From Akkermansiaceae bacterium (GTDB taxonomy: Bacteria; Verrucomicrobiota; Verrucomicrobiia; Verrucomicrobiales; Akkermansiaceae), in NCBI GenBank assembly GCA_012032235.1, contig JAAURL010000001.1, positions 1-45,113 on the forward strand: a DNA stretch of 45,113 nt, written 5' to 3'. Position 1 is the stretch's first letter, and each line of letters begins with the position of its first letter. Shown one piece after another: positions 10,729 through 19,813 of this stretch. The translations under genes were made by a program, and so were the position numbers. A model generated the notes under the pieces. It was not told the DNA's origin. It saw nothing but the letters and a program-made list of their open reading frames with translations, and ran no database searches.

Positions 10729-10904
10729 GCAGGTGATGATGCATGGATTGTGCGGGGTTCAAACGAAAAATTTCACCATGGATGATCAATCATCATGTGA
10801 CTGGCTCCACTATGGAATAGATTGCTTAAAGATATACCTCTTGAAGAACACACTGATGGCAGCGATAAATTCGGCCACGGGTTATTTCTTCCCGATTTGA
10901 TTCT

Positions 10905-11726
10905 ATGAAGCAGTCCGTCATTATCAGCACTTATAACCAACCCGAGTGGTTGCGGAAGGTTCTTCATGGATACCGATTCCAGACGTTTCAGGACTTTGAA
11001 ATTTTGATCGCAGATGATGGTTCCGATGATCGCACCACAGAAGTGATTGAGAGCTTTCAACAGGAGGCAAATTTTCCCTTGCGGCGGATTTGGCATGAAG
11101 ATGATGGCTATCGGCGTCAGACAATTTTGAATCAAACGTTGTTAGCTGCGGAGCATGAATACATCATTATGACGGATGGTGATTGTATTCCGCGACAGGA
11201 TTTTTTGGCGACTCACGCAGAGCACGCCAAGTCAGGACATTTCCTTTCTGGCGGTTATTGCAAACTGCCAATGAGCCTCAGTAAGCACTTATCGTTAGAA
11301 GATATCGAAAGTGGAAGAGCCTTCGAAGTTAGCTATTTGCGTAAACACAATTTGAAGGAGTTTTCACCTACTTTTAAAGTGGGCCTACCACCGAGTTTAG
11401 CTCCGTTAGTCGATAAGATTACGCCGACAAAAGCGACGTGGAATAACTGCAACGCATCTGGCTGGAGGGCGGATTTGATTGCGGTGAATGGCTTTAATGA
11501 AGACATGCAATACGGCGGCGCGGATCGTGAGTTAGGCGAGCGCCTCGCGAATTACGGCGTCACGGGATTACAAATCCGCTACCAAGCGATCGTGCTCCAT
11601 CTCGATCACAAACGCGGATATAAAACACCAGAGACGATGAGGAAAAACCAAGCGATCCGCGACGCCGTCATAGCGTCCGGCAGCGTGTGGTGCCCTAACG
11701 GAATTCTTAAACGTCCAGCGCCTTGA
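10905..11726 (+). CDS. Glycosyltransferase family 2
   Basis: SVIISTYN, IADDGS, TDGDC and GFNEDMQYGGAD. Confidence 0.92.
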   Translation: MKQSVIISTYNQPEWLRKVLHGYRFQTFQDFEILIADDGSDDRTTEVIESFQQEANFPLRRIWHEDDGYRRQTILNQTLLAAEHEYIIMTDGDCIPRQDFLATHAEHAKSGHFLSGGYCKLPMSLSKHLSLEDIESGRAFEVSYLRKHNLKEFSPTFKVGLPPSLAPLVDKITPTKATWNNCNASGWRADLIAVNGFNEDMQYGGADRELGERLANYGVTGLQIRYQAIVLHLDHKRGYKTPETMRKNQAIRDAVIASGSVWCPNGILKRPAP

Positions 11727-12827
11727 GTGGTCATTTAGGCAAATCGCTAGAGACTGCGGCTCGCATGATCCGGCCATATTTCGGGCCGTCGTATCGGCGG
11801 GCTTTTAGTGAAATGGTGAAACGTGGGCTGAGTGAACGCCGCAGACAGGAACCAATCGTCTGCTGCGACTTTTCGGATCCCGCAATCGATTCCGACGGCG
11901 GACGCTACTACTTCAGTCTCGTTAGAGATTTGATAGACGCCGGATTTTTTCCCGTTTTTAGCGCGCGGCGAGCGACGCTATCATCGTTTGGCACCAGTCG
12001 CATGAAGTTGCTGTTGTTGAAAGAGCGATTGGGAGTGATTGAGTCGCTGGAACGATTGCAAGAGCCCTATTTTCTCATCACGGATGGTGATGGACCTTTT
12101 CCAAAATTAGCGAAAAAAGTCGTGAAGGTGAGTTACGAGCATCGGCTTTGCCGAAGTGAAAATGACATCGTGTTTCCTTTTTTGTGCATCCTCAAATCAC
12201 GACGCAGGTTAATCTTCCTTATCACTATCAGATAGATGTGCCACGAACCGCGCGTATTTTTTTCGGTGGGAATACGGAAGAAGGGAAATACGATAAAAAT
12301 GTAATCCGCGAAGTTTATGGAATGCTAACGAGGCGTGAAATGTTAGCCAATGCCCCAGACACTGCTTATAAGCCAAAGGTAGCTGCGGATTGGCTATCTT
12401 CTAACGAAGAACATTCTTATGTGTTATGCGAAACACAGCATTGCAGAATCCCCCAAGAGCGTTGGTTGGATGCTTTGGCGAAAGCGGATTTTTCCTCGCC
12501 TGTCCTGGAGTGGGAATGCCGCTTTGTCATAACTTGATCGAGGCTTTGGCCGCTGGCGCAATTCCTATTCTGCAGTATGCTGATTACTTGCCTCAACCGC
12601 TAACAGATGGAGTAAATTGTTTCGCGTTTCACGACGCGAACAGTCTTCAGGAAGTGATCCAAAAAGTGCTTGCGATGGACCGAGCGCAGATCCAAACGAT
12701 GCGCCGAAAGGTGCATGAGTATTACCAAGAATATCTTGCTCCGGGGCGCTTTTCAAAACTATTATTTTCAGGAAAAAGCGCTAACCGCACTTTGCTTCTC
12801 AATGCGTATCGAGTCCCCAGAACATGA
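11723..12827 (+). CDS. Exostosin (GT47)-like glycosyltransferase domain protein, frameshifts near 12180 and 12490
   Basis: Three overlapping ORFs join at T-runs; C-terminal FFLACPGVGMPLCHNLIEALAAGAIPIL resembles the exostosin/GT-B C-terminal motif. Confidence 0.65.
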
Positions 12828-13841
12828 TCAATGAACGTCCAACACTGACGATTGTCTCAAATGCCGACGAGAAATTTTTCCCTGGCTTGGCGGTAGCCGT
12901 CACTTCTGCAGTGGCGGCAGCATCGGGAAAGTATAACTATGATTTCATCATTCTCGATGGTGGTTTAAAGCGGTCAGATCTATCGAAACTTGAAAGCCAA
13001 ATCAATCAACTCGCTGCCGTAAAAAATATATCTGTCGGAATAGAGTATCTAGAAATAACCGAAAGCCAATTAAAGTTGTTTCCAGAGCGGCGTGGTTCCC
13101 GAATGACTTATGCTAAGCTAGTTCTTCCTCAACTTTTATCTCGTTTGGATTCTATTATTTATTTGGATGCAGATGTACTTTGTTTTAAGGGGATTGAATC
13201 CGTGCATCCACCTGATGGAGACAAGCATTGGCTATTAGCTGGAGCACGAGATTTTTTTGGAACTCTGGAAAAAGACTGTCCATGGTTGGCTAAAGTTTCC
13301 CTAACTGAGCGTAGTTCTCCATACATCAATTGTCGGGGTGCTGTGGATGAATTTAAAAGGCTTGAGAGAAATGAACTTTACCGATGAGTCGATAAAGGCA
13401 CTCTCTGAGATTTCTGTTGCTCGCTATGGAGACCAAACAGTTTTCAATTACCTCTGTCGCGGAAAATCTTTTATCTTATTACCTGCTATCAACCACCGCA
13501 CAGCCATCGGTTCCAGTCGAACGCTGTGTGATGGGAATTTGGATTTGAACATCCATTATATCGGCTCGCCAAAACCATGGTTGGGTGGTCCAAAAACTAG
13601 CAACTGGCTGGCGCATCAATTGTGGCATCAAGCGAGCAAAATATTTTTCTCGGGTATCCAAACAGATATGTCAAGTTCACGACCACATGACTTCATAAGT
13701 ATTCAGCGCAAGGCAAGACTCTACTCTTTGATCAATCCACGCCGCGCCGAACATTACCAAATCGATCTTCGCTCGCTACGCGATAGTGGCAGCGTAATAG
13801 CGAAGGCTGAGGCCCATTGGAATTGTATCAACGCCCGATGA
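12824..13841 (+). CDS. Glycosyltransferase family 8, frameshift near 13330
   Basis: TYAKL, IIYLDADV, INxGVLWMNL, DQTVFN and HYIGSPKPW motifs. Confidence 0.85.
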
Positions 13842-14809
13842 GTCCGTTGGAAACATGGCTGGAAACAGCACGTAGCAAAGGCATGCCATGGCGCACGGCA
13901 CTCAGTGAGCAGCTCGGCGATGCGCCCTCGGGTTGGCGGAAATTTGCTAAGCGCATGATTTGGCCTCGGCGACTCAGGCATATGTCTTATATCCCTCATG
14001 GCGTCACGATGGAGATCGGGGAAAATCGAGAATGGACAATTTTTAAAAACCAAACCGTGGTGACGCGTAGCGTGCCATTGTTAGAGCTGATTCCGCAATT
14101 AGTGCATCCGGTGACCATTGTTGCCACTGGGCCATCTGCGAGACATTACCCTTGGGAAAATTTGCGACAAGACCAGCGATTCATCGTCGCAGTGAACGGT
14201 GCCCCGACCTTACTAAAAGAATTGGACATCACGCCAAATCTTCTGGTGGTCACAGACCGTGAGTTTGCGCGGACTGGAGCTCACCATTTAGCCGCCGCGC
14301 CTAGTAGGCCACTGGTCATTGAATATTTGGCCGCCGCAGCCCTTGCCTCTACAGCGCCACAGATTCTCGCCGAGCGTCCATTTGCAATCATCGAGCGCGT
14401 GAACTTATGGCACGCGCTTCCGGCACTCAATATCGATACCCTGCGCCAATGGAACCGAGCGTCAGGTGACGTTTTCGTGCTGCCCGAAGCGATCGACCCG
14501 AAATGTCGCATCGGCTGGAGTAATCGGCCAGAACTTGGAATTTTTTCGGGACGCACTGTGGTATTTGGAGCACTTCAGATTGCTATTGCCCAAGGGGCTA
14601 AGGACTTGGAAATTGTAGGTATGGATTTGGGTGGTTTACAGAGGGTTTATGCTGAGATTTCGGCCCGCCCATCCCAGCTGGAACTGCACTATGATGATTT
14701 TATTTTGCCTGCATTTGAGCTTATGAGTCGTGCACTTGCTGGATCTGGTGTGATTGTTAGGAACATTTCTCCTGTTTGCCCGCTACCACGTTCCATCTTT
14801 TCTGACTGA
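13838..14809 (+). CDS. WaaZ-like (GT73-type Kdo transferase-like) glycosyltransferase
   Basis: ATGPS, AVNGA, VVTD, GIFSGRTVVFGALQIA, GMDLG, RPSQL and ILPAF parallel E. coli WaaZ as recalled from memory; ATGA overlap with the upstream stop. Confidence 0.65.
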   Translation: MSPLETWLETARSKGMPWRTALSEQLGDAPSGWRKFAKRMIWPRRLRHMSYIPHGVTMEIGENREWTIFKNQTVVTRSVPLLELIPQLVHPVTIVATGPSARHYPWENLRQDQRFIVAVNGAPTLLKELDITPNLLVVTDREFARTGAHHLAAAPSRPLVIEYLAAAALASTAPQILAERPFAIIERVNLWHALPALNIDTLRQWNRASGDVFVLPEAIDPKCRIGWSNRPELGIFSGRTVVFGALQIAIAQGAKDLEIVGMDLGGLQRVYAEISARPSQLELHYDDFILPAFELMSRALAGSGVIVRNISPVCPLPRSIFSD

Positions 14810-14834
14810 GAGAATCAAACCAATTTATTTTATC

Positions 14835-15982
14835 ATGATTCATGCCCCACTGATGATTTTGTTTGCAAATTTAAAAGGTAACGTTGGTGATTTTGCGATT
14901 CTACACGCTATGCTCGTGGAACTCGAAAGACGCCATCCTGAATGTGAGAGGCATGTTTATTCGCATGGTCACAAAGGTGTTGATGCTCGCCGAATGGCAG
15001 CCTTCCTCTCACAGCCCCATCCAAAGTTCTCATACATGGGAGCGACAGTGTATCAAAGGACACCGAAGGGACTCGGTTTGCTTAAGCGGATTGGCCTAAG
15101 GAAATGGCTTTCTGGGAAATTAATTGACCGTCTGAGCGCACGATTCACCAAACTCGAACCATTTTGCTCAGCTTCAAACTATCAGGCAATATTTCTCGCA
15201 GGTGGTGAACAGTGGGGTGGATTCTCAACAAGCATCAATATGTTCGCGATTCTCGATGCTATTTCACAATCTAATCGAAACATATACATGTTTCAGTTTT
15301 CAGTGAAAAGAGATCTTATGGAAATTTATTCCATCAAACGATTGAAAAGCAATTTCGCGAAGATCGCAGGAAACCTAGTAGTGAGAGACGGCATCTCTGG
15401 TGAAGTAATGAGGAACTTAAGTGATCGAGTCGATTAATGGGGCAGATCAGCGTTTTTTCACTCGCGAGTTTGGGCGAAAAAACCGTTGGGCTGAAATATG
15501 ATGGTGAGGTGTTAGTGACCATTGCCGTAACTAAAACTAAACTCACACAGCCTAAAAATATGAGAGATGCCATTACACAATTAAAAGCGGCCGGAATGCG
15601 TGTAAGGCTATTATCGACGTGCGAACAAGAAGACGGAGTATTCATTTCTACACTAAGCCATGAATTGGGTATCGAATAAATTTTCCCTGAGACGTGGCAG
15701 GAAGTGGTTGCTGAATTTGAGCGATCTTCCCTCGTGGTAACGAATCGTCTTCATTGCATGATCTTTACCTTCTTTGCCGACGTGCCAGTGATCCCGCTTG
15801 TGGATCGGGAAAAAGTTTTGGGAGTATGTCTGGACGCAAATCTGGAGCATTCGATCCAACATATCAATGAACTCACACGTGGGAAGGTTATGGAATGGGT
15901 GTCTGCTGATGCAGCTATTCGCGCAACGATGCGTAGCTATCTCAAAAAAGTCCGCAATCTTAAGACCGATATCAAGGGGTGA
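14835..15982 (+). pseudogene. Polysaccharide pyruvyl transferase family protein, disrupted (indels near 15430-15448 and in-frame TAA 15677-15679)
   Basis: GNVGDFAIL, AGGEQW, VVRD and TNRLHCMI motifs spread over three ORFs; the lesions may be assembly errors. Confidence 0.65.
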
Positions 15983-15997
15983 TGAATTTTCGCCCGA

Positions 15998-16810
15998 CTA
16001 CTCCCGCCAATGCTTCTCGAGCCAATCTGGTTTTTGTAGATATCTGGAAATGTGCTTGCGCCATTTTTGGCCGCTGATGAACTTCTGCCACACCCAGCGC
16101 AAATGCTGGCCCGGTGTGCGGGCTTCGGAGGTTTCCGTCCACTTTCCATGCATGGCATCGGCGGGGCCGGGCAATCCGGGGAAGGTGATGATCTTCGCGC
16201 TTTTCGGGAGAATTGGCGGACGCAAATAGCGGAGTGGCCATGCGCCCATGCAGTGGACACGAAAATGCCGTGTCCATGGTTCGGGCCAAAATTTCACGCC
16301 GCCTTTGATGTTATGAGTGACGTAGTTTTGCTCATATTGAAATTTCCGCGACACGTTCGCAGGATCTGCTTGGAGATTCTCTAGCATGTAGGAATGCCCG
16401 CCGATGGGAAAACGGAAGACGGAGGTTTGTGCACTTTTGCTGAGTTTATTGAGCCAATTCCGCGCAGTGATCACATCACTCGGATCACCATGCTCGAAGT
16501 AACTATCGATATTGCCGACGATTACGGAATCTAGGTCGATGAATAGCGCGACGCCCTCGAGGCCGTATAAATTTTTCGACCACAGTGCAACTTTCGGCCA
16601 TTTTCCGGGGACATCGGCCGGGATTTCGCAGCCTAATGGCGGTAATGGCAAGCAGTTGACTTCCTTGCGAATGCCGCTGGTGTCGTCGGTAAAACAGGTG
16701 AATTGGAAATAGTCTGTAAGATTGCGCGCCACCATTGCATAGAGAATGTTGACGTCTTTCGCTCCGTAGGCGGTTCCCCACTTCATGCAGAAGATGTGTT
16801 TTGGCGGCAT
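15998..16810 (-). CDS. Putative glycosyltransferase (CMKWGxxY family, GT-A DxD)
   Basis: IFCMKWGTAYG, FTCFTDD, WPKV, LFIDLD and EQNY; convergent with the GT operon. Confidence 0.75.
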   Translation of the reverse strand: MPPKHIFCMKWGTAYGAKDVNILYAMVARNLTDYFQFTCFTDDTSGIRKEVNCLPLPPLGCEIPADVPGKWPKVALWSKNLYGLEGVALFIDLDSVIVGNIDSYFEHGDPSDVITARNWLNKLSKSAQTSVFRFPIGGHSYMLENLQADPANVSRKFQYEQNYVTHNIKGGVKFWPEPWTRHFRVHCMGAWPLRYLRPPILPKSAKIITFPGLPGPADAMHGKWTETSEARTPGQHLRWVWQKFISGQKWRKHISRYLQKPDWLEKHWRE

Positions 16811-16902
16811 AGATTAGTCGGATTTCTCGCAGCATGTGCCTATCATCGGCTGATTCCAAGCGGAATGCTTGGGTCTTTGGGGCGTTTTCCTCCACAAAAT
16901 GA

Positions 16903-16929
16903 CAAAGGAGAGCAGGTAGCTCTCCTTTG
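16903..16929 (-). terminator. Intrinsic terminator hairpin downstream of the 16955-17437 gene
   Basis: Perfect 11-bp stem CAAAGGAGAGC/GCTCTCCTTTG with a 5-nt loop, followed by TCATTTT on the minus strand. Confidence 0.7.
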
Positions 16930-16954
16930 CAAAACATGAAATGGACTTAGGAAA

Positions 16955-17437
16955 TTATTCGTTGCTGAGGCCATAGATGGCACTGGAAGTTGTTGCGCTA
17001 GAACCACTGACCTTAATGGCGGTGAAGGTAAGCGCACCAGCTTCGACCACATCGTTCTGCACGAAGATGTTGGCGAAGGTCACTTTGCGAGTGGTGGGTT
17101 TGGCTTTTTTAGGATCTTGGTAGCCATTGACTCCAGTGCCAGCATTACTGGCACTGGCCAAGAAAGGAATGCTGAAGCCTTTGCCGATGAGTTCACCTTT
17201 ATTACCGATTTTAAATTTCAAGATTTGTCCGACTTTGAACTTAGGCAATCCCGCAGGCACAGAGCCAGGAGTTTCAACTGGAACCTGACCTGGCTTTTGT
17301 TTTGTCCCAGTCACGGAAGCGACTTTCAGGGTGAAAGTTCTTTTCGGTTGGAAACTTCCGAAGGTTTTGGCCTGAACTTGGCTCAATGGTAAAAGAACGG
17401 CGGCAATAGCGAGTGTTTTAAGTAATAGTTTTTTCAT
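16955..17437 (-). CDS. Secreted hypothetical protein
   Basis: Signal peptide MKKLLLKTLAIAAVLLPLSQVQA; the mature part is Lys/Thr/Gly-rich; has its own terminator. Confidence 0.8.
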   Translation of the reverse strand: MKKLLLKTLAIAAVLLPLSQVQAKTFGSFQPKRTFTLKVASVTGTKQKPGQVPVETPGSVPAGLPKFKVGQILKFKIGNKGELIGKGFSIPFLASASNAGTGVNGYQDPKKAKPTTRKVTFANIFVQNDVVEAGALTFTAIKVSGSSATTSSAIYGLSNE

Positions 17438-17585
17438 AAAAAATGGAATAAATCCGCGCCTCATATAATCGTTAGAATTGCTTTTTCAAGACCCATTCTT
17501 TAAAGGTCGATACGTTTTATCCTTAAAGATTTGCATGAAGCACGACGAGCGAGATTTCGTGTGATCGCGAGGAGCGCGGCTGGAA

Positions 17586-18845
17586 TCAGAGTTCCCAGAG
17601 TTTGGAGATGGGCATGGCAAGGAAGGCGCCGTTTGCCAACGGGAGGATACTTTCGCCATCGTAGAAAACTATTCCGCCCTGAAAGTCGCTGCCCGAGATT
17701 TCCGCCAGGCGGTGCAGGCCCTTGGTATCGGCAGTCGTGACGGTCCGTGCCGCTTTGATTTCGACGCCCCAGACTTTCCTGCCCCGGGTGATCACGCAAT
17801 CGACTTCTATCTGGTCCCGATCCCGGTAGTGCCAGAATCGGAGGTCGGGCTGGGTCGCTCCCGCTTGGGCGACCAACTGCTGAACGATGAACGATTCCAA
17901 AAGGTGGCCGAAGCGCTCCCGCTCCTCGATCCATTGACCGGCATTCAGATCGGATAGGGTAGCTGCCAATCCTGAGTCGCAGACATGGATCTTGGGAGTC
18001 TTAATCAACCGTTTCCCGGCGTTCCGGTGCCAGGCCGGCAGCGTGCGGATGAGAAAGAGTTTTTCGAGGATCGCCAAATGCCTCTCGATGGTGGCGCGGG
18101 TGTGACCGAGGTCGTTCGCGAGCTGGGTGACGTTGAGCAGAGTCCCCGTCCGGTGAGATAACAACTCGATGAGTCGCGCTAGGTCATTGCCGTCCTTAAT
18201 CTGGCCAACGTCATGGATGTCCCGCTCGATGATGGAGCGGAGATATTGCCGTAGCCATTGACGGGCACGCTCCGGGGAGCGTTTCATGGCTTCCGGATAA
18301 CCACCGGACACCAGCCGTGGCGGAAGGCTGGAGGGCTTCGGAGGCAGATCGGAGCTGGCGAATTCCGGTGAGAGCTGGGAGCTAATCCACAGGTCGAGAA
18401 ACCGGCCATTTCCATGTTCCTTCTCCGATTCCGAAAACGGCAGCAAATAGAGGCACTCCATCCGCCCTGCCAAGGAGTCAGCCAAGCGGGGCAATTGAAG
18501 GAGATTCGCGGAGCCGGTGAGTAGAAAGCGCCCGGGCCGTCGGTCAAGGTCCACACTGTGCTTGATCGCCAGAATCAGCTCGGGCGCTCGCTGGATCTCG
18601 TCGATGGTCACAAAACCGGGAAGTTCCGACACCAATCCCATCGGATCGGCGCGGGCTAAATCAAGATACCGGGCATCGTCCAGGCTGATGAACACCCGAT
18701 CCGGCGCTTGGTGCTTGGCAAGCGTGGATTTGCCACACTGCCGAGGGCCGAGCAAACAAACCACCGGCGTATCACTAAGGGCCAAGTCCAGGCTCTCCTG
18801 CAAGTGGCGGGAGATGTAATCGGAATTTCCGGCAGATTGTCCCAT
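17586..18845 (-). CDS. AAA_14 ATPase with C-terminal DUF4143 (PD-(D/E)XK-like) domain
   Basis: Walker A GPRQCGKST, Walker B TIDEIQ, LTGSA, GGYPE, KTPKIHVCDSGL and EVD...VEIK. Confidence 0.9.
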   Translation of the reverse strand: MGQSAGNSDYISRHLQESLDLALSDTPVVCLLGPRQCGKSTLAKHQAPDRVFISLDDARYLDLARADPMGLVSELPGFVTIDEIQRAPELILAIKHSVDLDRRPGRFLLTGSANLLQLPRLADSLAGRMECLYLLPFSESEKEHGNGRFLDLWISSQLSPEFASSDLPPKPSSLPPRLVSGGYPEAMKRSPERARQWLRQYLRSIIERDIHDVGQIKDGNDLARLIELLSHRTGTLLNVTQLANDLGHTRATIERHLAILEKLFLIRTLPAWHRNAGKRLIKTPKIHVCDSGLAATLSDLNAGQWIEERERFGHLLESFIVQQLVAQAGATQPDLRFWHYRDRDQIEVDCVITRGRKVWGVEIKAARTVTTADTKGLHRLAEISGSDFQGGIVFYDGESILPLANGAFLAMPISKLWEL

Positions 18846-18921
18846 TTATTTTCGGCAGATTGCTCTCTAGGATTGCCGCGAATTGCTCTTTGTCAATGCT
18901 GCAATTTGCTCGCAAGCTGAT
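18830..18921. repeat. Four degenerate direct repeats with exact 23-bp period over the start/promoter of the AAA-DUF4143 gene
   Basis: Unit starts 18830, 18853, 18876 and 18899 read CGGCAGATTGTCC, CGGCAGATTGCTC, CCGCGAATTGCTC and CTGCAATTTGCTC. Confidence 0.7.
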
Positions 18922-18928
18922 AAAACTC

Positions 18929-19810
18929 TTAGATTTCTTCCAAGGGAGTGACCGTGACCCCGATTTTTAAAATTTGGCGGTCACCGCCATAGACGGTTCC
19001 GCGAATCGGGCAGATGTCGTGGTAGTCCCGGCCATGGGCAAAGCGGATGTGGTTTTCCGTGGGGATCACATTGTTAGTCGCATCGAAGTCCACCCAGCCG
19101 AAAACGGGAACGTAGAGGCTGACCCAAGCGTGCGAAGCGTCCGCGCCGATGAGTCTGGGCTGCCCCGGCGGAGGATCGGTGCGCAGATATCCGGAAACGT
19201 ATCTGGCCGGGAGGCCCAGCGAGCGGAGACAGGCAATCTGGAGGTGGGCGAAGTCCTGGCAAACACCGGCCCGTTTTGCGAAAGTTTCCAGAACGGGAGT
19301 GCTGACGGTGGAAACAATCGTGTCGAAGGTGAACTCTTTGAAAATCCGGGCGGTTAGGTCGGTGCAGGCTTCCAAAATCGGTTTTCCCGGGAGAAATGAT
19401 TTTTTGGCGAAGGCGAGCAGTTGCGGATCCATTGGGCAAAGCGGCGAAGTAAAGGTGAATTCAGCAGCGGCGATGTCCTCGGGCTTGCGCGAAGTGAGCA
19501 GGCTGTCGCGCACGCTTTCCCAGGAGGGAGATAGGTCTAGAGTCGGATTTGCTTGGGCCGTAACGTCGAGGGTGGAGCGGCTATCGATTTTGAGAACTTT
19601 GTGCGGAGTGGAGAGAGAAAAATAGGTCGTTTGATTACCAAAGTAGTCGGTGTGGGTAGAAATCACATCCGGTTGCGGCGAAACATGGATGGAAGATGAG
19701 AGAATCTGCTGGGACGGATATGTCTGCGGGAGCAGCCGCGCAATGTGGTGCGAGTTGGAGACATTCTCCTCGTATTGATAAATCGTGTTGTGATGGATGT
19801 TATAGATCAC
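18929..19810 (-). CDS. Transglutaminase family protein (Bact_transglu_N + Transglut_core)
   Basis: HHNTIYQY, DYFGN, catalytic GVCQDFAH, RYVSGY, SHAW, FDATN and GRDY. Confidence 0.92.
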   Translation of the reverse strand: MIYNIHHNTIYQYEENVSNSHHIARLLPQTYPSQQILSSSIHVSPQPDVISTHTDYFGNQTTYFSLSTPHKVLKIDSRSTLDVTAQANPTLDLSPSWESVRDSLLTSRKPEDIAAAEFTFTSPLCPMDPQLLAFAKKSFLPGKPILEACTDLTARIFKEFTFDTIVSTVSTPVLETFAKRAGVCQDFAHLQIACLRSLGLPARYVSGYLRTDPPPGQPRLIGADASHAWVSLYVPVFGWVDFDATNNVIPTENHIRFAHGRDYHDICPIRGTVYGGDRQILKIGVTVTPLEEI

Positions 19811-19813
19811 GAT

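Noticed and set aside
18830-18921. CRISPR array
   Set aside because: The 23-bp period is far too short for repeat plus spacer, the units are degenerate and there are no cas genes.
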